In this document: piece by piece, positions 1 through 9,379 of the stretch
Layout of the letters: every line of letters begins with the position of its first letter
Position numbering within the stretch: position 1 is the stretch's first letter
DNA from: an uncultured delta proteobacterium
GTDB lineage: Bacteria; Desulfobacterota; Binatia; UBA9968
NCBI GenBank assembly: GCA_963771465.1
Contig: CAVYTU010000007.1
Coordinates: 75,223-139,222, forward strand
Length of the DNA: 64,000 nucleotides
Direction: 5' to 3'
The notes under the pieces: generated by a model
The model's input: the letters and a program-made list of their open reading frames with translations, nothing else
Told to the model about the DNA's origin: nothing
Database searches by the model: none
Position numbers and translations under genes: made by a program

Positions 1-179
1 CGAAATCCGGCCCTGGCAAATGGGCCAAGATTGCGCAGAAACACGTCCGCCGAGCTGCCGAGCGACGCGCCATGCAGAAACAGCAGCGATGGCCCTGAAC
101 CTTCTTCGATATAACGAAGTTGCAGTCCATCGACGCTAACAAACTTGTCTTTCGGTTTGATTCTTTCCACAGTATCCAT
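1..179 (-). CDS. alpha/beta hydrolase, N-terminal part (runs off window start)
   Basis: Manual translation from ATG at 179: MDTVERIKPKDKFVSVDGLQLRYIEEGSGPSLLFLHGASLGSSADVF...; LFLHG oxyanion motif; AGGAG RBS upstream. Confidence 0.8.
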   Translation of the reverse strand, partial: MDTVERIKPKDKFVSVDGLQLRYIEEGSGPSLLFLHGASLGSSADVFLRNLGPFARAGF

Positions 180-451
180 GAGATTATCTCCTCTTAGGGC
201 AGAATAAAGATTCTAATCCAGCTGCGCGTTGCCACGTAACGGGCGAGGCAGCTCCATGGCGACGTCGTTCAAGTTTAGGAACTCTGTACAGAAAACTTAA
301 TCAATGTTTCTGACCGGACCTATAGCGCCGAACCGGCGAGGTGTCAATTGCGCGAGCGTTTCGTGATCGTCGTAGCGTTGCTTCTGCTGGGTAAGGTTTA
401 CTTGCCAATGTTCCTGGCATTGCGTAGGATCGAATCGGTTGAGCGACTCTC

Positions 452-1264
452 ATGCGCATTGCCACTCAAGCCGTTACATTTTGTTTTGCCACCGCGTTGC
501 TCGGGTTGCCGCTATTTGAATCGGATGGCGCCGATTCCAAAGCCGCCTCGGACATGATTCGCGTTCCCGCTGGCCCATTCCTGATGGGCAGCAACAACGG
601 GCCGGAAGATGAGCGGCCACAGCATCAAGTTAACGTCGCCGAGTTTTTCATCGACCGAACTAAAGTGGCTAACGCGCATTTCGCACAATTCGTGAATGCG
701 CGCGGAGTGAAGTCAGCCGACGGACAAATATGGTACGATAGCGATGATAACGACGCGCGGATTCATCGGCGCGACGGTAAATGGCAGGCCGATGCCGGCC
801 ATGAGAATCATCCGGTGGTGGAAGCTTCTTGGTACGGCGCGTCGGCGTATTGTTCATGGGTTGGCAAGCGTTTGCCCACCGAAGCGGAGTGGGAGAAGGC
901 GGCGCGCGGTACGGATGGCCGAAAATATCCCTGGGGCAACGATGCGGTGGATTCAACGCGGGCGCATTTCAATGGCGGCTGGAACGATTTCCGCCCGGTG
1001 GGAAGTCTTCCCAAAGGCGCGAGTCCATACGGCATGCTTGACGCCGCGGGCAACGGCTGGGAATGGGTGAGCAGCGCCTATATGCCTTATCCTTACAATA
1101 CCAACGACGGGCGCGAAGATTTTACCAAGGCGCAAGTGCGCGTCACGCGCGGCGGCGGGCAGGATTCGCGAGCCGACGAATTGGCCACCACGCATCGCGG
1201 CCGCCATGTGTCGCGCAATCCGCGCGGTGGCCATCACAACATCGGCTTTCGCTGCGCTCGCTGA
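452..1264 (+). CDS. formylglycine-generating enzyme (SUMF1/FGE-sulfatase) family protein, probably secreted
   Basis: FLMGS, HPVVEASWYGA..YC.W.GKRLPTEAEWEKAARG, YPWG, GN.WEW, IGFRCAR motifs; hydrophobic N-terminus; no DinB domain. Confidence 0.85.
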   Translation: MRIATQAVTFCFATALLGLPLFESDGADSKAASDMIRVPAGPFLMGSNNGPEDERPQHQVNVAEFFIDRTKVANAHFAQFVNARGVKSADGQIWYDSDDNDARIHRRDGKWQADAGHENHPVVEASWYGASAYCSWVGKRLPTEAEWEKAARGTDGRKYPWGNDAVDSTRAHFNGGWNDFRPVGSLPKGASPYGMLDAAGNGWEWVSSAYMPYPYNTNDGREDFTKAQVRVTRGGGQDSRADELATTHRGRHVSRNPRGGHHNIGFRCAR

Positions 1265-1279
1265 GTACCACTAGTTCCC

Positions 1280-1921
1280 ATGCCGGCCTATTTCATCACC
1301 CAAGGCGTACTGATCGGCTTCGTGGTCGCCGTGCCGGTTGGTCCGCTCGGAATCTTATGCATCAACCGCGCGCTGGTAGCGGGGGCGTTATGCGGACTTA
1401 TTTCCGGCCTTGGGGTGGCGACCGCGGATGCGCTGGCGGCGAGCGTCGCGGCTCTGGGTATCTCGTTTGTATCGGGCTTTTTGATCAAGCACCAGATTGT
1501 TTTGCGTCTGGCGGGCGGTGTATTTCTCTGTTACCTCGGCGCACAGATTTATCGCACCAAACCGAAACCGGCGGCGGCGCCGCCGAGCGACGTCAACGGC
1601 TTGGTCAATGCTTACGCGACGACGTTCGTCCTAACCTTTTCCAACCCGGTGACGCTACTTTCATTTATCGCGATCTATGCCGGCTGGCATGTGCCGAGCT
1701 TGCAGGGGCGATATCTTGCCGCGGCCCTGCTGGCGCTCGGCGTCCTTATCGGTTCGGCGCTTTGGTGGGTCTGTTTGTTCATTGGCATGACGGCGTTTCG
1801 CGAGAAATTCAGTCTCGACGCGCTCGTCTGGGTGCATCGTGTTTCAGGCGCATTGATGGTCGGGTTCGGTATCGTCATACTTTTAAGCTTGTCGCCGCTC
1901 AAGCAGGTATTCGGTATTTAA
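1280..1921 (+). CDS. LysE family translocator
   Basis: AVPVGPLGILCINRAL, G.G.ATAD, LTFSNP motifs; about 6 TM helices. Confidence 0.9.
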   Translation: MPAYFITQGVLIGFVVAVPVGPLGILCINRALVAGALCGLISGLGVATADALAASVAALGISFVSGFLIKHQIVLRLAGGVFLCYLGAQIYRTKPKPAAAPPSDVNGLVNAYATTFVLTFSNPVTLLSFIAIYAGWHVPSLQGRYLAAALLALGVLIGSALWWVCLFIGMTAFREKFSLDALVWVHRVSGALMVGFGIVILLSLSPLKQVFGI

Positions 1922-1928
1922 ATCTAAG

Positions 1929-2900
1929 ATGCTAAGTGAGTCGATCGCCTTTGTGAGCCGCGCCGGCGGCGTACCCAGCGTGATTAATGGCGCATTAGCG
2001 CTTTTTCATATTGGCTTGAATATTTTTCAATTTGTCATCTTGCCGTTGTGGCTTTTGCCGCTGGAGCGAAACTGGGCCTGGACGCTTTTGCCGCTGGCGC
2101 TATTGACCAATCCGTTCTGGAGTCTGATTCACGAGGCGATCCACGATCTATTTCATCCCAACCGCCGCGCGAACGCTCTGACCGGCCGCCTGCTGGCGAT
2201 TCTGTTCGGTTCGCCGTTTCGCATCCTTCGGCAGAGCCATTTGCTCCATCATAAGCTCAATCGCATGCCGGTGGAGGGGACGGAATATTACGATCGCGGC
2301 AAAGGCGCTAAAGCTGCGGCGGCGCCGGGGTACTATTTTCAAATTTTGCTCGGCCTGTATCTCGTCGAAGTCGTGAGCACGCTGGGTTTCCTTTTGCCGC
2401 GTCAATGGCTGCAACGATTCCGCGAAAAACATTTGCCGGCACACAGCGTCAGCAGCATTCTTATGCAGAACTGGCTTGGTGCGGAATCACTGCGCGAGAT
2501 TCGCCTCGACGGTTTGCTCACCCTCGTGTGGCTGTCGTTTTCGTTTTGGTTATACGGTGAGAGCTGGCCGCTGCTGCTCGCCGTGTTAGTGGCGCGTGGC
2601 TTTTTGATTTCGTTTCTCGATAATGTGTATCACTACGAAACTCCGGTGAGCGATGTGTTCTTCGCAAAAAATCTCCAGTTGCCGGCGCCGCTCGCCAAGC
2701 TGCTGCTCAATTTTAACCTCCACGGCATTCACCATATCAACCCGGCGATCTCGTGGATCAATTTACCGAAGGCTTTCGAAGTCCAAGGGGCGAAGTTTCA
2801 AGGCCGCTACTTTGCCGCAGCCCTGCGCCAACTGCGTGGCCCCATCGCGCTCCAGGAATTGCCCCAAGGCGCGCCGACGCTGCGCGTGCGGCCAAATTAA
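1929..2900 (+). CDS. membrane di-iron fatty acid desaturase/hydroxylase family protein
   Basis: Three His boxes HEAIH, HLLHH, HGIHH with intervening TM segments. Confidence 0.85.
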   Translation: MLSESIAFVSRAGGVPSVINGALALFHIGLNIFQFVILPLWLLPLERNWAWTLLPLALLTNPFWSLIHEAIHDLFHPNRRANALTGRLLAILFGSPFRILRQSHLLHHKLNRMPVEGTEYYDRGKGAKAAAAPGYYFQILLGLYLVEVVSTLGFLLPRQWLQRFREKHLPAHSVSSILMQNWLGAESLREIRLDGLLTLVWLSFSFWLYGESWPLLLAVLVARGFLISFLDNVYHYETPVSDVFFAKNLQLPAPLAKLLLNFNLHGIHHINPAISWINLPKAFEVQGAKFQGRYFAAALRQLRGPIALQELPQGAPTLRVRPN

Positions 2901-3925
2901 CCTTCTTTACGAAACAACAGCACCGAGAACCATTGATTAGCGTCGGTGAAGTGCTCGACCGGTGTGAGGCCGATGAATCGTAATTGTTGTTGGAGCCGGT
3001 TGGCGTCGAATTTGCGGCTGATCTCGACGAGAATTTTTTCGTTCTGACGCCACTCGAATGCAGCACCAGCGTTCGGGAAGCGAATTTCCTGGGACGCGGT
3101 GGCGACGGCGTACATTTCGATCTGTTGCCATTCTGGATTGAACCAGGATTGGTAGCGCATTTGCTTCAAGTCGAAATTGGCGCCGAGCAAACCGTTGATG
3201 TTGCGAAAGACATTCAAGATAAATTCAGCGGTGATGCCGCGGCTGTCGTCGTAGGCGTCTTCGAGTAATTTTACCGGTTTTATCCGGTCGGCGCCGAGCA
3301 GAAGATAATCGTCGGGCCCCATGGCCGCCGATAGGGCGCGGAAAAAGCGCGGAAACTCGGTATGGTTGAAGTTGCCGATGGTGCTGCCGAGAAAGACGAA
3401 CAAGGTCGGCAGACTTTTTTCGATGGCGCAAATGCCGTCTTCGTAACGTGCGTGGATGCCGTGGAATTCCAACTGAGGAAAATCCTTTTGCACCGCGCTC
3501 TGTGAAGCGAGCAGGCCGGCGACGCTTACATCAATGGGCGCGAAGACACTCTGGCCGCGCTGGCGCGTTTGCTCGCTCAGCAAATGGATGGTTTTCTTGC
3601 TGTAACCGGCGCCGAGCTCGACGATGCATTTTACCGGCGCGGCGGCGACGATGTTCTTCGCGTTGGCTTCGAGAATGCTATTCTCCGTTCGCGTCAGATA
3701 ATATTCCGGCAGGTCGCAGATATCTTCGAACAATTCCGAGCCGTGCTCGTCGTAGAGATGATAGGCTTCGAGCCAGCGCGGCTGATCCCAAAGCGTGGTC
3801 AAGATCGACATGGTTGGAATGGCGTCGAGGTCGGCGTCTTGCAAAGACCAGATGCCCGGCGGATTGGACAGCCAGCGCGAGCGCTGATCGGCGGCGAAGA
3901 TATGTGGCGCTGTTGGTTGTGTCAT
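2897..3925 (-). CDS. egtD: EgtD-like SAM-dependent (histidine) N-alpha-trimethyltransferase
   Basis: YDEHGSELF..I..LPEYYLTRTE, VELGAG, FLGSTIGN, AYDD..GITAEF, IEM, EISRKF motifs. Confidence 0.85.
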   Translation of the reverse strand: MTQPTAPHIFAADQRSRWLSNPPGIWSLQDADLDAIPTMSILTTLWDQPRWLEAYHLYDEHGSELFEDICDLPEYYLTRTENSILEANAKNIVAAAPVKCIVELGAGYSKKTIHLLSEQTRQRGQSVFAPIDVSVAGLLASQSAVQKDFPQLEFHGIHARYEDGICAIEKSLPTLFVFLGSTIGNFNHTEFPRFFRALSAAMGPDDYLLLGADRIKPVKLLEDAYDDSRGITAEFILNVFRNINGLLGANFDLKQMRYQSWFNPEWQQIEMYAVATASQEIRFPNAGAAFEWRQNEKILVEISRKFDANRLQQQLRFIGLTPVEHFTDANQWFSVLLFRKEG

Positions 3926-4025
3926 GAGTTGGGAGACTATAAAAGAAAATTGAACAGGATGCGACCACGGGTTTAAGTGCTAATTTCGCATGCTGAATAA
4001 CCTGCGCAAGTAGGGAGGCGAAATT

Positions 4026-4105
4026 CCGTTATGCAGCGCGAAAGCGGGTCATCCAGGTTCATTCCGGGGTTCAAAAGAAAGCCTGGATTCCCGCGGGAAT
4101 GACGG
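4026..4105. repeat. REP-like palindromic element (GTCATTCCCGCG...GGGAATGAC type), degenerate
   Basis: ccgttatgcagcgcgaaagcgggtcatccagg ... cctggattcccgcgggaatgacgg inverted arms. Confidence 0.6.
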
Positions 4106-4123
4106 AGGGGAACCTTCGCTTTT

Positions 4124-4891
4124 ATGAACAGCAATGAAACAACGATCAGATTTTGGGATGTGAACTTCGTCCTGCCCGACGGCAAGAAGTTGCTCGCCGA
4201 TCTCAATCTTGAGGTCGCGAGCGGCGAGACTCTGGTTTTGCTCGGCCGCAGCGGCTCTGGCAAGACGACGATGATGAAGTTGATCAACCGGCTGATCGAT
4301 CCGACTTCGGGGCGGCTAGAGGTGGAAGGGAAGGCGACGGTGGAGTGGGACCCGATCCAACTGCGCCGGCGCATCGGTTACGTCATCCAAGAGATCGGTT
4401 TGTTTCCGCATCTGACCATCGAGCAGAACATCGGGGTTGTCCCGCGGCTCGAAGGTTGGGAGCCGGATCGTATTGCCGAGCGGGCGCGCGAGCTGTTGAA
4501 ACTCGTCGGCCTCGACGCCGACCGCTTCGCTCAGCGATTTCCCCGCGAGTTGTCCGGCGGGCAGCGCCAGCGTATCGGGGTGGCGCGGGCGTTGGCTGCC
4601 GATCCGCCGGTCATTCTTCTGGACGAGCCTTTCGGCGCCCTAGATCCAATCACTCGGCACGGCATTCAGCAAGAATTCAAATCCCTGCAACAGGAACTCG
4701 GCAAGACGATGGTGTTCGTCACGCACGACATCGCCGAGGCTTTTGTCCTGGCGACTCGCATCGCGCTATTGAAAGACGGCGAGATGGTTTTGCTCGGGCC
4801 GCCGGCTGAGCTGCTCGAATCGAGCCATCCGGAAGCGCGCGCTTTCGCCGAGTGCTTTCACGACGGTCAAAGCATCGGGAGACCGAAGTGA
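4124..4891 (+). CDS. osmoprotectant/betaine-type ABC transporter ATP-binding subunit
   Basis: Walker A GRSGSGKT, LSGGQRQR signature, LLDEPFGALD, FVTHD; LRRRIGYVIQ typical of OpuA/ProV/EgtV. Confidence 0.9.
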   Translation: MNSNETTIRFWDVNFVLPDGKKLLADLNLEVASGETLVLLGRSGSGKTTMMKLINRLIDPTSGRLEVEGKATVEWDPIQLRRRIGYVIQEIGLFPHLTIEQNIGVVPRLEGWEPDRIAERARELLKLVGLDADRFAQRFPRELSGGQRQRIGVARALAADPPVILLDEPFGALDPITRHGIQQEFKSLQQELGKTMVFVTHDIAEAFVLATRIALLKDGEMVLLGPPAELLESSHPEARAFAECFHDGQSIGRPK

Positions 4892-6450
4892 CGCTGCTGG
4901 AATTCTTCACCCACAACAGCGGCGAACTCGGCGAGCTGGTCTTAGAGCATTTATTTTTAGTCGTCGTTTCCACCGGCATCGCCGTGCTGATCGGCGTGCC
5001 ACTCGGTATCTTGCTGACGCGCAAACCGGGATTGAGTAAACCGATTCTCGGCTTCGCCAACATCATGCAGACGGTGCCGAGTTTGGCGCTGTTCGGTTTT
5101 CTCATTCCGCTCAATCTTTATCTATTCAATGTGAAGATCGTTGGCGGCATCGGCGCGCGCACGGCGATCGTCGCGCTGGTGCTTTATTCGCTCTTGCCGA
5201 TCATCCGCAACACGTTTACTGGAATTTCCAATGTCGATCCGGCGATCCGCGAAGCCGGGCGCGGCATGGGCATGACCGACCGTCAATTGCTTCTCCAAGT
5301 CGAGTTGCCGCTGGCGCTGGGCGTAATCATCGCCGGCGTGCGCGTGGCGACCGTGATTTGCGTTGGCACGGCGACGATTGCCGCGGCGATCGATGCCGGC
5401 GGCTTGGGGCGCTATATTTTTCGCGGCCTGCGCGCCAATGATAATGTTTTGATTCTTGCCGGAGCGGTGCCCGCGGCGCTGATTGCCCTTGCCGCGGATT
5501 TACTTTTGGGCTACGTCGAGAAAACGATTCAGTCCGGGGCGGCGGTTAAGGTAAGCGGTCGCAAACTTTTATGGTCCGGCGCCGCGGCTCTGTTGGTTTT
5601 TCTCGCAGTAGCGTATTTCTTTTTAGGCAAAAGCGCCGGGCGCATCGCGGTAGGCTCAAAAGACTTCACCGAACAAGTCATTGTCGGTGAAATTCTCGCC
5701 CAGGCGATCGAAGCGAAAACCGGTGCCGAAGTGGTGCGCCGCTTCGATCTCGGCGGCAACTTAGCGCACGATGCGCTGATCGCCGGCGAAATCGACGTCT
5801 ATGTCGAATACACGGGCACGGGCTTACTGGCGATTCTCAAGGAAAAGCCGCTGTCCGATCCGCAGGAAGTTTATCGACGGGTGAAGTCGGAATACGCCAA
5901 GCGCTTCAAGTTGGAGTGGACCGAGCCGCTCGGCTTCAATAATACTTTCGCCATTCTCGTCCGCGGCGATGACGCCAAAAAGCTCAATTTGAAAACCGTC
6001 AGCGACGCCGCAAAGGTCTCCAATCAATGGCGCGCCGGTTTCGGCCAGGACTTCATGTCACGCGCCGACGGTTATCCGGGATTTTCCAAAGCCTACGGCT
6101 TTCACTTCGAAGCGACACGCGAGATGGATTTGTCCTTGACCTACCGGGCGCTGGCGGAAAACCAAGTCGATCTGATCGCCGGTAATTCCACCGACGGTTT
6201 GATCTCGCGCTACGGCTTATTTCAGCTCGACGATGACCGCCGCTATTTCCCACCCTACGACGCCGTGCCGGTGGTGCGCCAGGCCGCGCTGGAAAAATAT
6301 CCGGCGCTGCGCGAGGTGCTAAAACAACTGGGTGGCATTCTTAGCGTCGACGAAATGCGCAAGCTCAATTATGCGGTGGACGCTGAGAAGCGGCAGGCGA
6401 AGGATGTGGCGCGGGAGTTCTTACGGCAAAAACGGCTGCTCGATCATTGA
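4888..6450 (+). CDS. betaine-type ABC transporter, fused permease + substrate-binding domain (OpuBC/EgtU architecture)
   Basis: QTVPSLALFG, EAGRGMGM (EAA loop), then SBP motifs GSKDFTEQ, YVEYTGT, FPPYDA; GTG start overlaps the ATPase stop. Confidence 0.9.
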   Translation: MTLLEFFTHNSGELGELVLEHLFLVVVSTGIAVLIGVPLGILLTRKPGLSKPILGFANIMQTVPSLALFGFLIPLNLYLFNVKIVGGIGARTAIVALVLYSLLPIIRNTFTGISNVDPAIREAGRGMGMTDRQLLLQVELPLALGVIIAGVRVATVICVGTATIAAAIDAGGLGRYIFRGLRANDNVLILAGAVPAALIALAADLLLGYVEKTIQSGAAVKVSGRKLLWSGAAALLVFLAVAYFFLGKSAGRIAVGSKDFTEQVIVGEILAQAIEAKTGAEVVRRFDLGGNLAHDALIAGEIDVYVEYTGTGLLAILKEKPLSDPQEVYRRVKSEYAKRFKLEWTEPLGFNNTFAILVRGDDAKKLNLKTVSDAAKVSNQWRAGFGQDFMSRADGYPGFSKAYGFHFEATREMDLSLTYRALAENQVDLIAGNSTDGLISRYGLFQLDDDRRYFPPYDAVPVVRQAALEKYPALREVLKQLGGILSVDEMRKLNYAVDAEKRQAKDVAREFLRQKRLLDH

Positions 6451-6582
6451 CCTCGGGAGGCGCACTTAGTTTTTCTTTATTGGTTCGATGGCGCGGATTT
6501 GGCACATAACAGGAATCTGCACGAGATTGCCTAGAGACGGTGGAAATTCGGCGCGGCTTACCGCAGAAAGTCGGGTGGCACG

Positions 6583-7629
6583 ATGGCGAAAGTGAAAGGT
6601 TTTATCGACGCCGACGGACATGTGGTCGAAAGCGATGCCGAGTTGCTGGATTTTCTACCGCGGCCGTACCATGGGCGCGCTGACCTGCTCGCATTCCCGT
6701 TCTTTCCCACCCTGGACGGGTTTCATCGCCAAGCGCGGCGCGTCGCCGATGGCAAAGGCCGTTACATCGCCAAGGGCAGTTTGAAAGAGTGGCAAGATTT
6801 TCTCGATGAAGATCAAATCGCCTGGTCGGTGCTTTATCCCACCGCCGGGCTCACCTTCGGCTTGATCCGCGACAAGGATTGGGCTTGTGCGGTTGCTGCC
6901 GGATACAACAATTATCTTTACGAGACCTTTACTAAACCGGAAAAACGTTTGAAGGGCATGGCGCTGATCCCGCTCCAATCGATTCCTGACGCGGTGAAAG
7001 AATTGAAGCGCGCCGTGAAAGAACTCGGCTTCGTCGGCGCGATTTTGCCGGCGGTCGGATTGCGCCAGCCCTTCGGCGATCGGAAATATTTCCCGGTTTA
7101 CGAAGTAGCTGAGAAACTCGGTGCTTTGCTCGCCGTTCACGCCGCCCCGACACAGGGGATCGGCGTGGACAACTTTGACCGCTTGATCGAGGTGCGCACG
7201 CTCAGCCACGGTTTTGGTCAGATGATTCAGATGACCAGTATGATTTATAACGGCGTGGTGGACAGGTTCCCGAAATTGAATATCGCCTACGCCGAGGCGG
7301 GCTGCGGCTGGGTGCCGTATTTACTCGAACGCATGGACATGGAGTACGAGCACCGCAACACGCAAGTGCCGGAGTGCAAAAAGTTGCCCTCGGAGCATTT
7401 GAAAAGCGGACACATCTTCATTCATTGTGAGCTCGAAGATCGCGCCATCCCGCAGGTGGCCGAGCAGCTACGCGACGATATCCTTTTCTGTGCCACCGAT
7501 TTCCCGCACGAGCCGCGCACCGAGTTTCGCGAGAATATTGAAAAATTCTTGGCGCGGAAAGATGTCCGCGAGGAGACCAAGCATCACTTGCTGTTCGAGA
7601 ACCCCAAGCGCATGTATCCGCTGGCGTAG
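6583..7629 (+). CDS. amidohydrolase_2 family metal-dependent hydrolase/decarboxylase
   Basis: IDADGH, VLYPT, AVH, EAGCGW, ATDFPH motifs. Confidence 0.85.
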   Translation: MAKVKGFIDADGHVVESDAELLDFLPRPYHGRADLLAFPFFPTLDGFHRQARRVADGKGRYIAKGSLKEWQDFLDEDQIAWSVLYPTAGLTFGLIRDKDWACAVAAGYNNYLYETFTKPEKRLKGMALIPLQSIPDAVKELKRAVKELGFVGAILPAVGLRQPFGDRKYFPVYEVAEKLGALLAVHAAPTQGIGVDNFDRLIEVRTLSHGFGQMIQMTSMIYNGVVDRFPKLNIAYAEAGCGWVPYLLERMDMEYEHRNTQVPECKKLPSEHLKSGHIFIHCELEDRAIPQVAEQLRDDILFCATDFPHEPRTEFRENIEKFLARKDVREETKHHLLFENPKRMYPLA

Positions 7630-7787
7630 CCGGAAGCTGCGATGGGAGAACTTGCTCGACTGTGCCGAGCTCGCCAAGAATTATGAGAGGAGTGAGAGAA
7701 TATCCGTTAGTAGGTCGATAAAAAATGCTTCTGAGTCCTTTGACGATTCCAGAGCTCGTCCTGAGCTAGCCGAATGAACGAACGCAA

Positions 7788-9248
7788 TTATGATTTTGAA
7801 TTGCGGATCAGTCGCGCGTAGAAGTTTACACAGCGCTCGTAGTCCTGAATAGAAATTCGTTCATCGATGCCGTGATATCGCTTGGTGTCTTCGATATTGA
7901 GCGTTATCGGCAAGAAGCGAAAAATATTTCTTGTGAGTGCCGCATAGTGTCGCGAGTCAGTGGCGCCGACCAGCAATGCTGGTGCGACAATCGCTGTGGG
8001 TGCGGTCTCGCGAATCGTGCGCTGGAGTAGCTTGAAAGTCGGACTCTCGATATCGGACACGCCCGACGGCTCCGTGGGGATCGGCAACGCGGTGAGCTTG
8101 ATGCGCGGTTCGTCGATCACTTCTCGCACGTGTTCCATCGCGCCGGCGGTCGTCTCGCCTGGCATGACACGTAGATTGACCACCGCGCGGGCCTGGGCCG
8201 GTAAGATGTTTTCTTTGACGCCGGCGTTGAAAATCGTCGGCGCCAAGGTGGTTCGTAGGACGGCGTTGGTGAGCGGTGACGCGGTTAATTGCTTTTTCAC
8301 CAGGGGCTCGAACAACCAGAGATTGGCGAGCGTCGATTTTTTGCTCCACGCCATTTCGGCGCCGAGAAATTCGAACATTGCGCGCGTCGGTCCGCGCAGC
8401 TCGGCTGGAAACGGCGCCGCGTCGAGGCGTTGGAGCGCACGGCTCAGCGTGCCGATGGCGGTATCAGCCGGCGGGATCGAGCTATGGCCGCCGGTGCTCG
8501 CCACTGTGAGCTCAAGGCTTAAGTAACCTTTCTCGGCAACGCCGATGAGCGCCACCGGCGCCGCAATGCCCGCAATGATGCCGCTCAAGATATTCATTCC
8601 TTCGTCTAGGGCAAACTCCATTTCTATTTTTCGCGCGCGTAGTAGCTCGGCGATTTTTGCCGCGCCATGGTTGCCGCCGAGCTCTTCGTCGTGGCCGAAC
8701 GCCAAGTAAACCGTTCGCTCTGGCGCGAATCCTTCGCGCAGTAAATGTTCCACCGCCTCAAGCATCCCCAGCACGCTCGCCTTGTCATCCATCGCGCCAC
8801 GGCCCCAGACGTAACCATCAGCGATGGTTCCCGCGAACGGCGCCTGGGTCCATGATTTTTCAGTTTCGGAATCTACGGGGACGACGTCCAGGTGAGCGAG
8901 CAAGAGAATCGGTTTTAGTCCCTCGGTTTTTCCTTTCCAAGTGTAGAGCAAGCTGTGCTCGTTGACGGCTTCTTTGCCGAGGTAGCGATGCACGAGGGGG
9001 AACGATTTTTCCAAGAAAGCGTGAAAATTGCGAAATTCCTGGGCGTTGAATTCGGCGGCGGTTTGATAGGAAACGGTCTTGAAGCGAATCGCTTCGCCGA
9101 GCCGGCTCACGATGGTATCGCGCTCAACATTGATGGGCACGATGGGAGCCGCGTGTATTTGCCGGGAGGTGAACGTCGCCGTGCGCACGACAATGATGGC
9201 GCCGAGAAGTCCAACGACGCCGACAAACGCAAGAATGAATTTTTTCAT
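7788..9248 (-). CDS. M20 family peptidase/amidohydrolase (PM20D1/carboxypeptidase S-like), membrane-anchored
   Basis: LLAHLDVVP, GRGAMDDK, GHDEE, EKG, GGHSS, GATDSRHY, HG.DERI. Confidence 0.9.
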   Translation of the reverse strand: MKKFILAFVGVVGLLGAIIVVRTATFTSRQIHAAPIVPINVERDTIVSRLGEAIRFKTVSYQTAAEFNAQEFRNFHAFLEKSFPLVHRYLGKEAVNEHSLLYTWKGKTEGLKPILLLAHLDVVPVDSETEKSWTQAPFAGTIADGYVWGRGAMDDKASVLGMLEAVEHLLREGFAPERTVYLAFGHDEELGGNHGAAKIAELLRARKIEMEFALDEGMNILSGIIAGIAAPVALIGVAEKGYLSLELTVASTGGHSSIPPADTAIGTLSRALQRLDAAPFPAELRGPTRAMFEFLGAEMAWSKKSTLANLWLFEPLVKKQLTASPLTNAVLRTTLAPTIFNAGVKENILPAQARAVVNLRVMPGETTAGAMEHVREVIDEPRIKLTALPIPTEPSGVSDIESPTFKLLQRTIRETAPTAIVAPALLVGATDSRHYAALTRNIFRFLPITLNIEDTKRYHGIDERISIQDYERCVNFYARLIRNSKS

Positions 9249-9310
9249 CGGAATCACTGACTGGTAGCAAGTTCACTGTGTGACCGCAAACCGCTGATTT
9301 GTGGGAAGGT

Positions 9311-9337
9311 TTGACAAGCAAGGGCTTGTCCTATAAT
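9311..9337 (+). promoter_or_regulatory. sigma70-like promoter overlapped by a palindrome
   Basis: TTGACA-15 nt-TATAAT; GACAAGC-aagg-GCTTGTC inverted repeat at 9313-9330. Confidence 0.55.
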
Positions 9338-9379
9338 TTTTTAGGACGATTTAACGATAGAAAATTGGAGGAATAAGCG

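Noticed and set aside
452-1264. Calling the FGE-domain protein EgtB
   Set aside because: It lacks the N-terminal DinB domain with iron-binding His residues and appears to have a signal peptide
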